Shown: one piece after another, positions 8,207 to 15,947 of the stretch | Layout: every line of letters begins with the position of its first letter | Numbering within the stretch: position 1 is the stretch's first letter | Virus genome (UHGV): UHGV-0393368 | Source of the DNA: a virus | DNA length: 41,915 bases | Direction: 5' to 3' (one strand) | Translations under genes and position numbers: made by a program | The notes under the pieces: model-generated | Database searches by the model: none | Seen by the model: the letters and a program-made list of their open reading frames with translations, nothing else | What the model was told of the DNA's origin: nothing

Positions 8207-8629
8207 ATGACCGTATATGAGCGGATTGAAAGCTTAAGGAAATCCACTGGGCTTTCGCAAGGAAAATTAGAAAAAGAGCTTGGTTTTTCTAATGGTTCTG
8301 TATCAAAATGGAAAACCAGCACTCCCACACCGGAGCGATTACAGAAACTCGCTGATTTCTTTGGTGTAACTGTTGATTACTTAATGAATGGGAAGGAGGA
8401 AACCCCAGAAGAAAAGAAGCCCACTCTTTCTAATAACGAAGAGCTTAATGTAATTAATGATGTTGACGAAATTATGAAGCGCATAAGGAACAACGAGACG
8501 GTTGTCCTAAGATTTAACGGCGAGGATTACTCGGGGGATGAGGATGAGGATAAATTATTAAGAGACTCACTGTTATCACTTTGTAGGGCAGCTAAGATTA
8601 AGAAAAAGCAGGAAGGCTTTGGAGAGTAG
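8207..8629 (+). CDS. CI-like XRE-family repressor, HTH plus a C-terminal acidic region, of the ImmR type.
   Basis: GAAAGGAG SD then ATG at 8207. The N-terminal HTH reads LRKSTGLSQGKLEKELGFSNGSVSKWKTS. The ORF-track start at 8030 is a TTG read through the promoter. Confidence 0.7.
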   Translation: MTVYERIESLRKSTGLSQGKLEKELGFSNGSVSKWKTSTPTPERLQKLADFFGVTVDYLMNGKEETPEEKKPTLSNNEELNVINDVDEIMKRIRNNETVVLRFNGEDYSGDEDEDKLLRDSLLSLCRAAKIKKKQEGFGE

Positions 8630-8632
8630 CGA

Positions 8633-9058
8633 TTGGAGATTAAAGATACTGTTTTGAATCTGGTTGAAAAATACGGAACCAGAAATCCTATGGAACTTGC
8701 GGACTATTTAGGTTTTATTGTACAAAAGCATGACCTGGGGAAATACTCGGGTTACTACATAGAATACGAAGGAGTACCGTGTATATGCATCAACTCACGC
8801 ATTACCGATACCAAATACAGTGATATTGTCTTAGCCCATGAAGTAGGTCATGGGGTGTTACACAAAGGTACTGAATGTATGTTTTTTGGAGGAACTTTTT
8901 TTAGTAAAGCCAAGCCAGAGCAAGAAGCAAATATTTTTACTGCGGAGCTACTGATACCGGATACTACTATATTAGAAAACCCAGGATTAAACAAAAAGCA
9001 ACTTTCCTGTTTAACAGGATACAGAGAAAAACTTTTTGAATTTAAAGAATGGAGATAG
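8633..9058 (+). CDS. ImmA/IrrE-family zinc metallopeptidase, an anti-repressor protease partner of the CI-like repressor.
   Basis: HEVGHGVLH is a HEXXH motif. It lies immediately downstream of the XRE repressor, the ImmR-ImmA arrangement. Confidence 0.7.
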   Translation: MEIKDTVLNLVEKYGTRNPMELADYLGFIVQKHDLGKYSGYYIEYEGVPCICINSRITDTKYSDIVLAHEVGHGVLHKGTECMFFGGTFFSKAKPEQEANIFTAELLIPDTTILENPGLNKKQLSCLTGYREKLFEFKEWR

Positions 9059-9061
9059 CCT

Positions 9062-9742
9062 ATGCGTCCCAGTCAATACCATTATATAAAGCGCATGTGG
9101 GTAAGAAGTTCGTATAAGCGAAAAGAAAAAAGGAAACGTATATTATTGCTACCATTTCGACTGTTTTATAATTTATATAGTTTTCCTTTTAGGTTAATGG
9201 CCTATCCATTTAAAAGTAGCAGAAAAATAAAAACATATAAAAATGATATGTCTAAAGAAATAATAAAAGGTATTTTGGGTGGGGTATCAATTTTACTTAT
9301 AATATTTTTAATATTATACTGTATTCAGAATTTCTTTTATTTATTTGGTTATGGACCTATAATATTGTTTGTGATTTTATTATCTATATTTATATATTGT
9401 AAGTGGGCTAAAAAAGAAATCTATGAATTACCAGAAAAAATTTTAGAACATATAAAAACATTGGCAGAAATCGTAAACACCACCAAAGATGAAGATATAT
9501 TTGAAACTTCATTGAATGAGATTAAAATAGAATTGAATAAATTGGTATCTTATGAAAAAAATGGATGTCTGGGGCCAGAATTTTGTCCATCAAAGGACCT
9601 GGAAAAAATTACTGCTAACGAACAATTAACCAGAAAAAGATTTGAAGAAAGAAAAAAGTTTGATGTAGAACAATATGCAAAAATGTGTAATGCCTATATT
9701 GAACATCAAGAAGAGATGGAACAGTATAAGGATTCTAATTGA
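9062..9742 (+). CDS. AT-rich moron encoding a two-TM membrane protein with a basic N-terminus and a coiled-coil C-terminus. Candidate superinfection-exclusion or abortive-infection protein.
   Basis: GGAGAT SD. GC is far lower than flanking genes. Two TM helices (ILGGVSILLIIFLILY and GPIILFVILLSIFIY). It sits between the immunity genes and the integrase. Confidence 0.45.
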   Translation: MRPSQYHYIKRMWVRSSYKRKEKRKRILLLPFRLFYNLYSFPFRLMAYPFKSSRKIKTYKNDMSKEIIKGILGGVSILLIIFLILYCIQNFFYLFGYGPIILFVILLSIFIYCKWAKKEIYELPEKILEHIKTLAEIVNTTKDEDIFETSLNEIKIELNKLVSYEKNGCLGPEFCPSKDLEKITANEQLTRKRFEERKKFDVEQYAKMCNAYIEHQEEMEQYKDSN

Positions 9743-9789
9743 ATCACAGGGATGGTTATTGAGTCTGATGCACATTACGGAGGATGTTC

Positions 9790-10485
9790 ATGAGTATTAA
9801 GGGCGCTTCGCAAGAGTTATTTGTAGGTAAAAAGGATTCCAAAATTATAGACTTGTTTGGGAATTCTACAAAAATTTTTTACTCAGATTTAAAAAAAATT
9901 GAGTATTGCTATTTTCAAATTGGCGTAGGTGGTGGATATCTGGATTTTGTTTATGATTCAAATAATGTAAAACGTTTTGACTTTAATCATAAAGCAAATG
10001 ATAAAATAAGAAGAACTATTGAACTAATACAAGAAAATAATCCAGAATTAGAAATTATTGAACATTCTACTGAAGATTATAAATTCTATCAAAAGGATTG
10101 GTTTTATCTTCTAATGCTTTTCATTTGTTGTATGCCTTTAGGATTGTTTTTAATGTGGTATTACAAAAAAGGCACAAAATCAATGCGAATTATACTTACG
10201 GTTTTATTTATAACTTTATGGGGCATTGGGATATTCTCATCATGGCCACGCACTTACAGTTATCACATAACACTGAATGAATATAATCAATGTACTACTG
10301 GAATGACATACCAAGAATGTGTAAATATAATTGGTGGAGAAGGAGAACCTATGGCAGAAACTAATATTTTAGACATTAATTCTACCGCATACATTTGGTA
10401 CGGAGATGATTCATCAGGAGCTAATGCAACGATGTATTTTACAAATGGAAAATTGACTTCAAAAGCGCAATTTGGTTTGAAATAA
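9790..10485 (+). CDS. AT-rich moron encoding a membrane protein with an N-terminal PH-like cytoplasmic domain, two TM helices and a C-terminal DUF3862/BLIP-like extracytoplasmic domain.
   Basis: GGAGGA SD. The C-terminus LNEYNQCTTGMTYQECVNIIGGEGEP...TAYIWYGDD..GANATMYFTNGKLTSKAQFGL matches the DUF3862 pattern (GMT.EEV..I.G.PG...T.Y.W.G...GANM...F.NGKL..K.Q.GL). Confidence 0.5.
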   Translation: MSIKGASQELFVGKKDSKIIDLFGNSTKIFYSDLKKIEYCYFQIGVGGGYLDFVYDSNNVKRFDFNHKANDKIRRTIELIQENNPELEIIEHSTEDYKFYQKDWFYLLMLFICCMPLGLFLMWYYKKGTKSMRIILTVLFITLWGIGIFSSWPRTYSYHITLNEYNQCTTGMTYQECVNIIGGEGEPMAETNILDINSTAYIWYGDDSSGANATMYFTNGKLTSKAQFGLK

Positions 10486-10651
10486 GTAAAAACCGGCCCC
10501 TGCGCCAACAGGAACCGGCCTACATACCCGAAGATATGCACTATAATTCGCACCTATATTGTACCATCTTCGGGGCGGCTTTGCAAGATATTTGCGGAGC
10601 TGTATTTTTTATACCTATTTTTAGGAAAATCAATTGAAGGAGGAAAGAGAA

Positions 10652-11722
10652 GTGACTACAAAAGCCCCGAAAAAGAAAAAAGGAGAACTACCATCCAAAA
10701 ATATCCGTGTACAATTATATTTATACACGGATGAAAAAGGTAAACGGCATTACAAAAGCTTTGTTGCCCCATCACGCAAAATCGCACAAGAAATGGCTGC
10801 CAGATGGAAATTAGATATGAAGGATAAGCCCATAGAGAAATACAATGAACCGGAAGAGGACGAAGAAGATATTACAGTCAATGATGCTATTGAACGCTAT
10901 TTAAGCGCCAAGAGCGGTGTTTTAAGCCCTTCTACGCTTAGAGGGTACACTGGTCTGCAAAGACAGTATTTCGGCGGCGCATTTGGCCAAAAAAAGCTTT
11001 CAGAACTGACAAGTCCATCTGTGCAAATATGGGTAAGTAATTTAGCTGCAAAAAAACTATCTCCAAAGACGGTAAGAAATGCCTATGGTCTGTTATCTCC
11101 AACACTGGAAATGTTTGCACCCGAATTAACTTTAAACGTTAAACTGCCTCAAAAAAAACGTCCTAACTTATATTGCCCCAATGACAATGATATTAAAAAG
11201 TTGCTGGATGCTATTAAAGGCACTGATTTGGAGATAGCTGTATTATTGGCTGCGTTTGGTCCACTTAGGAGAGGGGAGATAAGCGCTCTAACTGATAAGG
11301 ACGTGGATGGAAAAATTATCCATGTAAGAGATAATATGGTCAAGGGGCCAGACAATCAATGGTATATCAAACAGCCAAAGACAGATGACAGTACAAGGGA
11401 TGTAGAAATGCCCGCATTTGTAATTGACCGGATATCTAAAAGAAAAGGAAAGCTGGTTGACATGAACCCGGATTACATCACACACCGATTCGGGCGAGTA
11501 CTCAAAAAAATTGATATACCACACTTCAGATTCCATGACCTACGGCATTATGCTGCATCCATTATGCACGCTATAGGGATACCGGACCAATATATTTTGC
11601 AGCGGGGAGGATGGGCCAGCGACAATATTATGAAAACCGTATACAGAAATGCGATTGACTCTGAAACCGTCCGGCAAAATAAAAAAATTAATAAGCACTT
11701 TGAAAAGTTGAACAGCATGTAA
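10652..11722 (+). CDS. int: Tyrosine site-specific integrase.
   Basis: AAGGAGGA SD then GTG. The C-terminal catalytic region has HDLRH and the Tyr motif (...RGGWASDNIMKTVYRNA). It is the last gene before the att-like region. Confidence 0.85.
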   Translation: MTTKAPKKKKGELPSKNIRVQLYLYTDEKGKRHYKSFVAPSRKIAQEMAARWKLDMKDKPIEKYNEPEEDEEDITVNDAIERYLSAKSGVLSPSTLRGYTGLQRQYFGGAFGQKKLSELTSPSVQIWVSNLAAKKLSPKTVRNAYGLLSPTLEMFAPELTLNVKLPQKKRPNLYCPNDNDIKKLLDAIKGTDLEIAVLLAAFGPLRRGEISALTDKDVDGKIIHVRDNMVKGPDNQWYIKQPKTDDSTRDVEMPAFVIDRISKRKGKLVDMNPDYITHRFGRVLKKIDIPHFRFHDLRHYAASIMHAIGIPDQYILQRGGWASDNIMKTVYRNAIDSETVRQNKKINKHFEKLNSM

Positions 11723-11739
11723 TAAAATAGCATATTTTT

Positions 11740-11955
11740 CGTGTTGCATCGTGTTGCATATATCATAAAAAATATAATATAATCCTCCGTAATAGGCAGA
11801 GGAAGTGATGTTTAAAAACATGAAAAAACCTTGTAAATACGTTGTTTTTCCCGTATCTACAAGGTTTTATGGAAAAGCTGCTGACGGGAATCGGACCCGT
11901 AAAATACAACGGTTTTATGCGGTTTGTAGGCTCCGTGTTGCATTTCGTGTTGCAT
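11740..11955. repeat. attP-like region with four direct copies of CGTGTTGCAT bracketing an imperfect 13-bp inverted repeat.
   Basis: Tandem CGTGTTGCATCGTGTTGCAT at about 11740-11759, and CGTGTTGCAT-TT-CGTGTTGCAT at about 11934-11955. Between them is CCTTGTAAATACG..CGTATCTACAAGG (about 11827-11867) and a duplicated GGTTTTATG. The copies look like integrase arm-type sites flanking a core. Confidence 0.4.
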
Positions 11956-12010
11956 ATTTCCGAAGATGGTACTTTATTTATATAAGCGTCAGAGTCAAGT
12001 TCTGGCGCTT

Positions 12011-12751
12011 TTATATTGAATTAGAATCCTCTATGTACCAGACATCCAGTGCCCCATTGTCCTGGCTATGCCAGCACGCCCCCTCCAATGGACCGTTTGG
12101 TGTAGGGTCAAAGTAATACCAATCCCCCGAACCATCATCCGGGTCACATGCACTTCCATTCCAGCGGTGCCAGCTGGTGCAAGCATATCCGTCTTTGTTA
12201 AACAGATACCAATGGTGATTTATGACACACCACTTATTAGCCGGGTAAGTTCCATCTGGTCTGCGGTACCACCAGCCGTTATTATCCTTAATCCAGCCAG
12301 TGTGCTCCTCCGTAACCCAGGTTTTCATAAATTCATCCGGGGTGCGATATAGTTTCTTGATTCCAAATGTGCTACTTCCCCAATCCGGCAATTGGAAATG
12401 TGGCTTGTCCACAGGAGACTTCCAATTTCCACCCCATTCAAGTCCCAAAGATACACCGATAGCACCTACACGGTTAAAAAATCCACCAATTTCGTTATAG
12501 GCTCCAGCACCATCATTTCGGAATATATCAAAAGCCGTTCCCCACTGATGATAGGAGCTGTAGCTGCTGCCGGGAGCATTAGTTACAATGTTCCCCGGTT
12601 TAGTCCTGCCCTGAGCGTATAAAGCATCCTGTTCTGCCACGGTTCGCAGTGTTTCGCCTATCTTAATTTTTAATCCCTGTTTATTGCATTCATCCACCAA
12701 CTGACCCGCTAAAAGCTGCAAGCGTGGATGGCACAATGTGATATCTCTCAT
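12011..12751 (-). CDS. Endolysin with an N-terminal M15-family peptidase (VanY or L-Ala-D-Glu peptidase-like) and C-terminal cell-wall-binding (choline-binding-type) repeats.
   Basis: LCHPRLQLLAGQL...ETLRTVAEQDALYAQGR...SYHQWGTAFDI are M15 motifs. The repeats are of the GWIKDNNGWWYRRPDG...WYLFNKDGY type. The start was set at MRDITL, which has a GGAGGA SD. Confidence 0.7.
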   Translation of the reverse strand: MRDITLCHPRLQLLAGQLVDECNKQGLKIKIGETLRTVAEQDALYAQGRTKPGNIVTNAPGSSYSSYHQWGTAFDIFRNDGAGAYNEIGGFFNRVGAIGVSLGLEWGGNWKSPVDKPHFQLPDWGSSTFGIKKLYRTPDEFMKTWVTEEHTGWIKDNNGWWYRRPDGTYPANKWCVINHHWYLFNKDGYACTSWHRWNGSACDPDDGSGDWYYFDPTPNGPLEGACWHSQDNGALDVWYIEDSNSI

Positions 12752-12753
12752 AA

Positions 12754-12879
12754 TCATCCTCCAATTATACTGTTTTTCTGCTGCTCTGTAATCCATCCAA
12801 TTGACACAGCCCGGTTAAGTTCGGCAACAGTTAATGGACCTTTACCATTGTTATATAGCCTTTTTAATGTTGTATACAT
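12754..12879 (-). CDS. xkdX: XkdX-family small phage protein of 41 aa, missing from the ORF track.
   Basis: MYTTLKRLYNNGKGPLTVAELNRAVSIGWITEQQKNSIIGG. The pattern (short protein, 'W.T.EQ...I' ending, directly upstream of the lysin) matches XkdX-like proteins. A GGAGGTG SD is present. Confidence 0.5.
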   Translation of the reverse strand: MYTTLKRLYNNGKGPLTVAELNRAVSIGWITEQQKNSIIGG

Positions 12880-12880
12880 G

Positions 12881-13294
12881 TTACACCTCCAGCTGACTTA
12901 AAATTATTGCATCCACTGTATCTTGCAATGTCCGCACTGTATCCCGGATATCTGGCCTACGAAGTTTAACAACCATAATGGTATCCTTCACTTCATTGGT
13001 TTCATAATTCGGCTCTTCCTCGGTTCCGGTATTTACTGTTTCAGATGAAATGACATAATCCATTTTCTTGCGCATCTCAACCAGCTGAGTAAATCCGGTT
13101 TTTACTTCCATCGGCTGACCGTCCAAACCAAGTATGTAAATTTTTTCTGTATTTGTCGGATTAAATTCGGATTCTACCGTTTCAAAACTGTCTAGGCCGG
13201 GAAGAAACGACAGGGTTAGGTAATCGCCTGATTCTTCCACCCCGTTTGTTATTAAGTCGTATTTTGTGTTGTTTGATAGTTTTAATTGGTTCAT
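12881..13294 (-). CDS. Hypothetical tail-fibre-associated protein, XkdW-like by position.
   Basis: 137 aa with an AAAGGAG SD. It lies between the tail-fibre genes and xkdX. Confidence 0.35.
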   Translation of the reverse strand: MNQLKLSNNTKYDLITNGVEESGDYLTLSFLPGLDSFETVESEFNPTNTEKIYILGLDGQPMEVKTGFTQLVEMRKKMDYVISSETVNTGTEEEPNYETNEVKDTIMVVKLRRPDIRDTVRTLQDTVDAIILSQLEV

Positions 13295-13327
13295 TTTACT
13301 CCTTTCATGGGTATGTTTTTATATTAC

Positions 13328-13340
13328 AAATAGCAATTTG
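13328..13340. repeat. Left copy of a perfect 13-bp inverted repeat, AAATAGCAATTTG.
   Basis: Its exact reverse complement occurs at 13850-13862. Both copies are read as Asn-Ser-Asn-Leu codons in the local coding frames. Confidence 0.7.
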
Positions 13341-13571
13341 ACTGATGTTTCCAATACAGCTGCTACGGCAAATAACAAAGTCATCCTGAATGGTGTTAAG
13401 AACATTAATGGGTTTACAACTGTCTATTCTGACCGCACTGATCGGGCAATCCAGTTGCAATACGCATCCGGAGAGATTGCATCAATAGCCTTTAATAATA
13501 CGGGAATTTGGTATGACTTTTACAATGGAACCACTTGGAACCAGGTTTGGAAACTTAATAAGCCGACATAA
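13341..13571 (+). other. Promoterless alternative tail-fibre C-terminal coding segment of 77 codons ending in TAA, in inverted orientation. Invertible cassette half.
   Basis: Open plus-strand frame TDVSNTAATANNKVILNGVKNINGFTTVYSDRTDRAIQLQYASGEIASIAFNNTGIWYDFYNGTTWNQVWKLNKPT. It has no own start or SD. It begins exactly after the left IR in the same codon phase. Its composition and junction peptide resemble the C-terminus of gene 13580..14128. It ends 8 nt from that gene's stop, tail-to-tail. Confidence 0.55.
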
Positions 13572-13579
13572 TGATCATT

Positions 13580-14128
13580 TTACCATCCCTCCGAAACAAC
13601 TTTAGATTGATTGGTTGCCCAGTTGTCAGTTGTCCGGTACATGGTAAGTTGCCCCGTATTCTCAATTTGGAGGCGATACCGTATACTCTCTCCAATGTTT
13701 AGTGTCATGGCTGCCCACTGGTTATTATTGGACAATTCCACATACCATCCTTCTGTTCCTTTGGTTCTTACCGTGGATCCAGCAAGGGGGCCATCATAAC
13801 CGCTGGAAAAATTTTCCTCAAGCGAGGATACGCGATTATTTGTACTTCCCAAATTGCTATTTAAGTCATTAATCGCAAGCTGCATTGTATTAGCTAAAGC
13901 CAATGATGGAACCTTATCTGTAGCATCAGATAATACGTTAGATATAGCAGATAACGCTAACTTCTCCCGGTCCAGTTGCTTTAATGCATCAATTGCTTTA
14001 TTGGCTGCATCGGTTACCCGTTTTATTGCCTGTTCTGTTTTGTTTAAGTTTGTCTCATCCAAATCTGGCTCAGAGTCATTAACATACACAGTAGGTATAT
14101 ATTCTTGGATATTTTCTATGTTATTCAT
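13580..14128 (-). CDS. Tail fibre protein with a conserved N-terminal collar motif and a variable C-terminal segment, currently in the expressed orientation.
   Basis: N-terminus VYVNDSEPDLDETNLNKTEQAIKRV shows the tail-fibre N-terminal motif shared with genes at 15480 and 15944. An AAGGAGG SD is present. The right IR (13850-13862) lies at codons N90-L93. Confidence 0.6.
   Translation of the reverse strand: MNNIENIQEYIPTVYVNDSEPDLDETNLNKTEQAIKRVTDAANKAIDALKQLDREKLALSAISNVLSDATDKVPSLALANTMQLAINDLNSNLGSTNNRVSSLEENFSSGYDGPLAGSTVRTKGTEGWYVELSNNNQWAAMTLNIGESIRYRLQIENTGQLTMYRTTDNWATNQSKVVSEGW
13850..13862. repeat. Right copy of the 13-bp inverted repeat, CAAATTGCTATTT on the forward strand.
   Basis: Reverse complement of 13328-13340. 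It lies inside the tail-fibre gene at the constant/variable junction. Confidence 0.7.
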
Positions 14129-14137
14129 GTAACCTCC

Positions 14138-15040
14138 TTACAGATTAAATCTAGCCAAATATAAATTGTAGTCAAACGCAGCCCCAGAAGCTCCAATATA
14201 CAGGTAGGCATTGCCAGTTATTCCGCTTAAGGTAAATGTTTTTTCTTGCTCCCATTCAGCGCCGGAAGAGCTACTTCTTCCAATTGACCCATCAAGTAAT
14301 ATGTCACCTAGATTCGGATTATATCTATATTGCACGCTTGAACCGGACTGATATGCTTCCTCAATATAGTTTTCCACCCTATTCCGGCATACCATAACCT
14401 TGCAAACCTTTCCGGTTCCAGACATTTGGACCGTAACCGATTTTACATTTGTAAGGTTGATGGGTAGGTCAAAAACAAATGCGACTGTTTCTCCTGAACC
14501 TGCACTTGCTTCTATGTGGTCCTTTGACAGTTTTACCGTACCAGTACCTTGTCTATATGTTGTATACCTAAAATATGTAATACCCTGTGAGCCATAAAAT
14601 GTCCCGAATAGATATGGGGTATATGGGTCCTCATTTACATATCCTTCCCACAGTCCAGGACCTACGCCTGCAACATATTCACCTTTTTTAATGACCGAAG
14701 GGGTTAGGTTTTTAACCGGATTAATAGTGATATCACCATTCCCGTATTTTCCAGCAGTCTTGACCGTGATTTGTTTTGCTCCAGGACCGATTGTCTGTGC
14801 ATTAAATGTTTCAATGTTCTGGGTGATTTTCCCACCTGAATAATATCCAGGTTCAAGTTTTATTTCCCCGTTTGCCGACAATATAATTGTTGGGGATTTT
14901 TTGTCTGGAAGTGTTCCGGTCTGTTTCTCCTCGCTTCCTTTCCCAAGGAATATATTACCTTCCAATACATCCTCTGGCATTGCTGTTAAGTCATCCAGAT
15001 TCGCCTGACTACCAAATTTATGTAACGCCAACTTCGCCAT
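14138..15040 (-). CDS. Tail fibre or receptor-binding-like protein.
   Basis: About 300 aa, Gly/Thr/Ser-rich and beta-rich. It shares a PGY..G....N.ETF segment with the upstream gene. The start is uncertain because the ORF-track start overlaps the upstream gene by 22 nt. Confidence 0.4.
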   Translation of the reverse strand: MAKLALHKFGSQANLDDLTAMPEDVLEGNIFLGKGSEEKQTGTLPDKKSPTIILSANGEIKLEPGYYSGGKITQNIETFNAQTIGPGAKQITVKTAGKYGNGDITINPVKNLTPSVIKKGEYVAGVGPGLWEGYVNEDPYTPYLFGTFYGSQGITYFRYTTYRQGTGTVKLSKDHIEASAGSGETVAFVFDLPINLTNVKSVTVQMSGTGKVCKVMVCRNRVENYIEEAYQSGSSVQYRYNPNLGDILLDGSIGRSSSSGAEWEQEKTFTLSGITGNAYLYIGASGAAFDYNLYLARFNL

Positions 15041-15057
15041 ATACACCATCCATTCCA

Positions 15058-15483
15058 CTAACTTACAAAACCCTGCCATGTACCAGTTACCGCCCCTTCA
15101 CCTTCACCAACAGTCACGCCATATTTTATCACTTCTGGTCGCAATCCGCTTACTTCCAATACAATAATATCATACATTACGTATTTTCCTTTTGTTTCAA
15201 TCACCTGTTTACCAGGACCAGGGTCAACAAATCCACCTCTGTATGTTTCAAGGTTTTGGAAGAATGTATCATTTCCATCATGGTATCCAGGCGTAATATT
15301 ATATGTTTCATTTACGTCCATCTTTTTATTAATCGATTCAACATCTTGCATTGTCCCAGACTGTTCATTATCAGTCCCAGCTCCATAAAATGTTTTTCCT
15401 TTTCTGACTCTTGGTGATGTAGCGGTTAGGCCGGTCACATCAACCCCACTTCCTTTAAACGGTAATCCGATTCTCATTGTCAT
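15058..15483 (-). CDS. Tail fibre-associated protein.
   Basis: 141 aa. A paralogous segment (NITPGYHDGNDTFFQNLETY) relates it to gene 14138. Confidence 0.35.
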   Translation of the reverse strand: MTMRIGLPFKGSGVDVTGLTATSPRVRKGKTFYGAGTDNEQSGTMQDVESINKKMDVNETYNITPGYHDGNDTFFQNLETYRGGFVDPGPGKQVIETKGKYVMYDIIVLEVSGLRPEVIKYGVTVGEGEGAVTGTWQGFVS

Positions 15484-15947
15484 ATTCCTTTCAATACAAG
15501 TATGAAATCTGCTGTTGGTTTCCTATAATTACATGTAATGGTCACTGATCCATTATTCGTTGTTATGTCGGTGATATACCCCACGCTTCTGTCCACGTCT
15601 TTCTGTTGCTGTTCCGAATTAATGACAGGATACTCGAACATTGGCACTGGGACATCCGTATCATTTATACCCGCATTGTTTACAGTCTGTTTATATGGTG
15701 CCTGGGTGCTCCACCCAGTTTTAGGGAAATCGAGCCTGATTGCCCCAATCATATCATTAACTGTTCCTTCTATCTTGTTAATGGCCTTATTTGTATTATT
15801 GATATCATCAGCAGAGAATATGTCTCCTACCTCCACATATTCGGTTTTATCATCCAATGTAGATAGTCCGGTTTCAGAATCAGTTTCAATTTTGTATTTA
15901 CGCATTCCAGAAAATTTATCATTTTTATAATCAGTTTTCAAACTCAT
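15480..15947 (-). CDS. Tail fibre protein, N-terminal collar-motif family.
   Basis: SADDINNTNKAINKIEGTV motif, with a CAGGAG SD. Confidence 0.4.
   Translation of the reverse strand: MSLKTDYKNDKFSGMRKYKIETDSETGLSTLDDKTEYVEVGDIFSADDINNTNKAINKIEGTVNDMIGAIRLDFPKTGWSTQAPYKQTVNNAGINDTDVPVPMFEYPVINSEQQQKDVDRSVGYITDITTNNGSVTITCNYRKPTADFILVLKGI

Noticed and set aside
10287-10553. Minus-strand ORF (88 aa) overlapping the 3' end of the moron gene.
   Set aside because: It is antisense to a plus-strand gene with good codon structure. No SD. It spans a terminator-like hairpin.
11870-11905. Possible tRNA 3' fragment at the att core (ACGGG-AATCGGA-CCCGT stem-loop).
   Set aside because: The loop lacks the TTC(R)A T-loop signature on either strand and there is no CCA or acceptor match. 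It is not supportable as tRNA-derived.
11805-12116. Plus-strand Arg-rich ORF (103 aa) spanning the att-like region and the antisense end of the endolysin gene.
   Set aside because: The composition (R/F/Y-rich) looks like a translated repeat or antisense artefact. The SD spacing is too short. The region is better explained as attP.
13266-13571. Plus-strand ORF (101 aa) from the six-frame track, lying inside a late-operon gap.
   Set aside because: I do not call it an independent gene. Its 5' third is read-through antisense of gene 12881..13294, and it has no ATG or SD. The 3' 77 codons are better explained as the silent alternative C-terminus of the invertible tail-fibre cassette.
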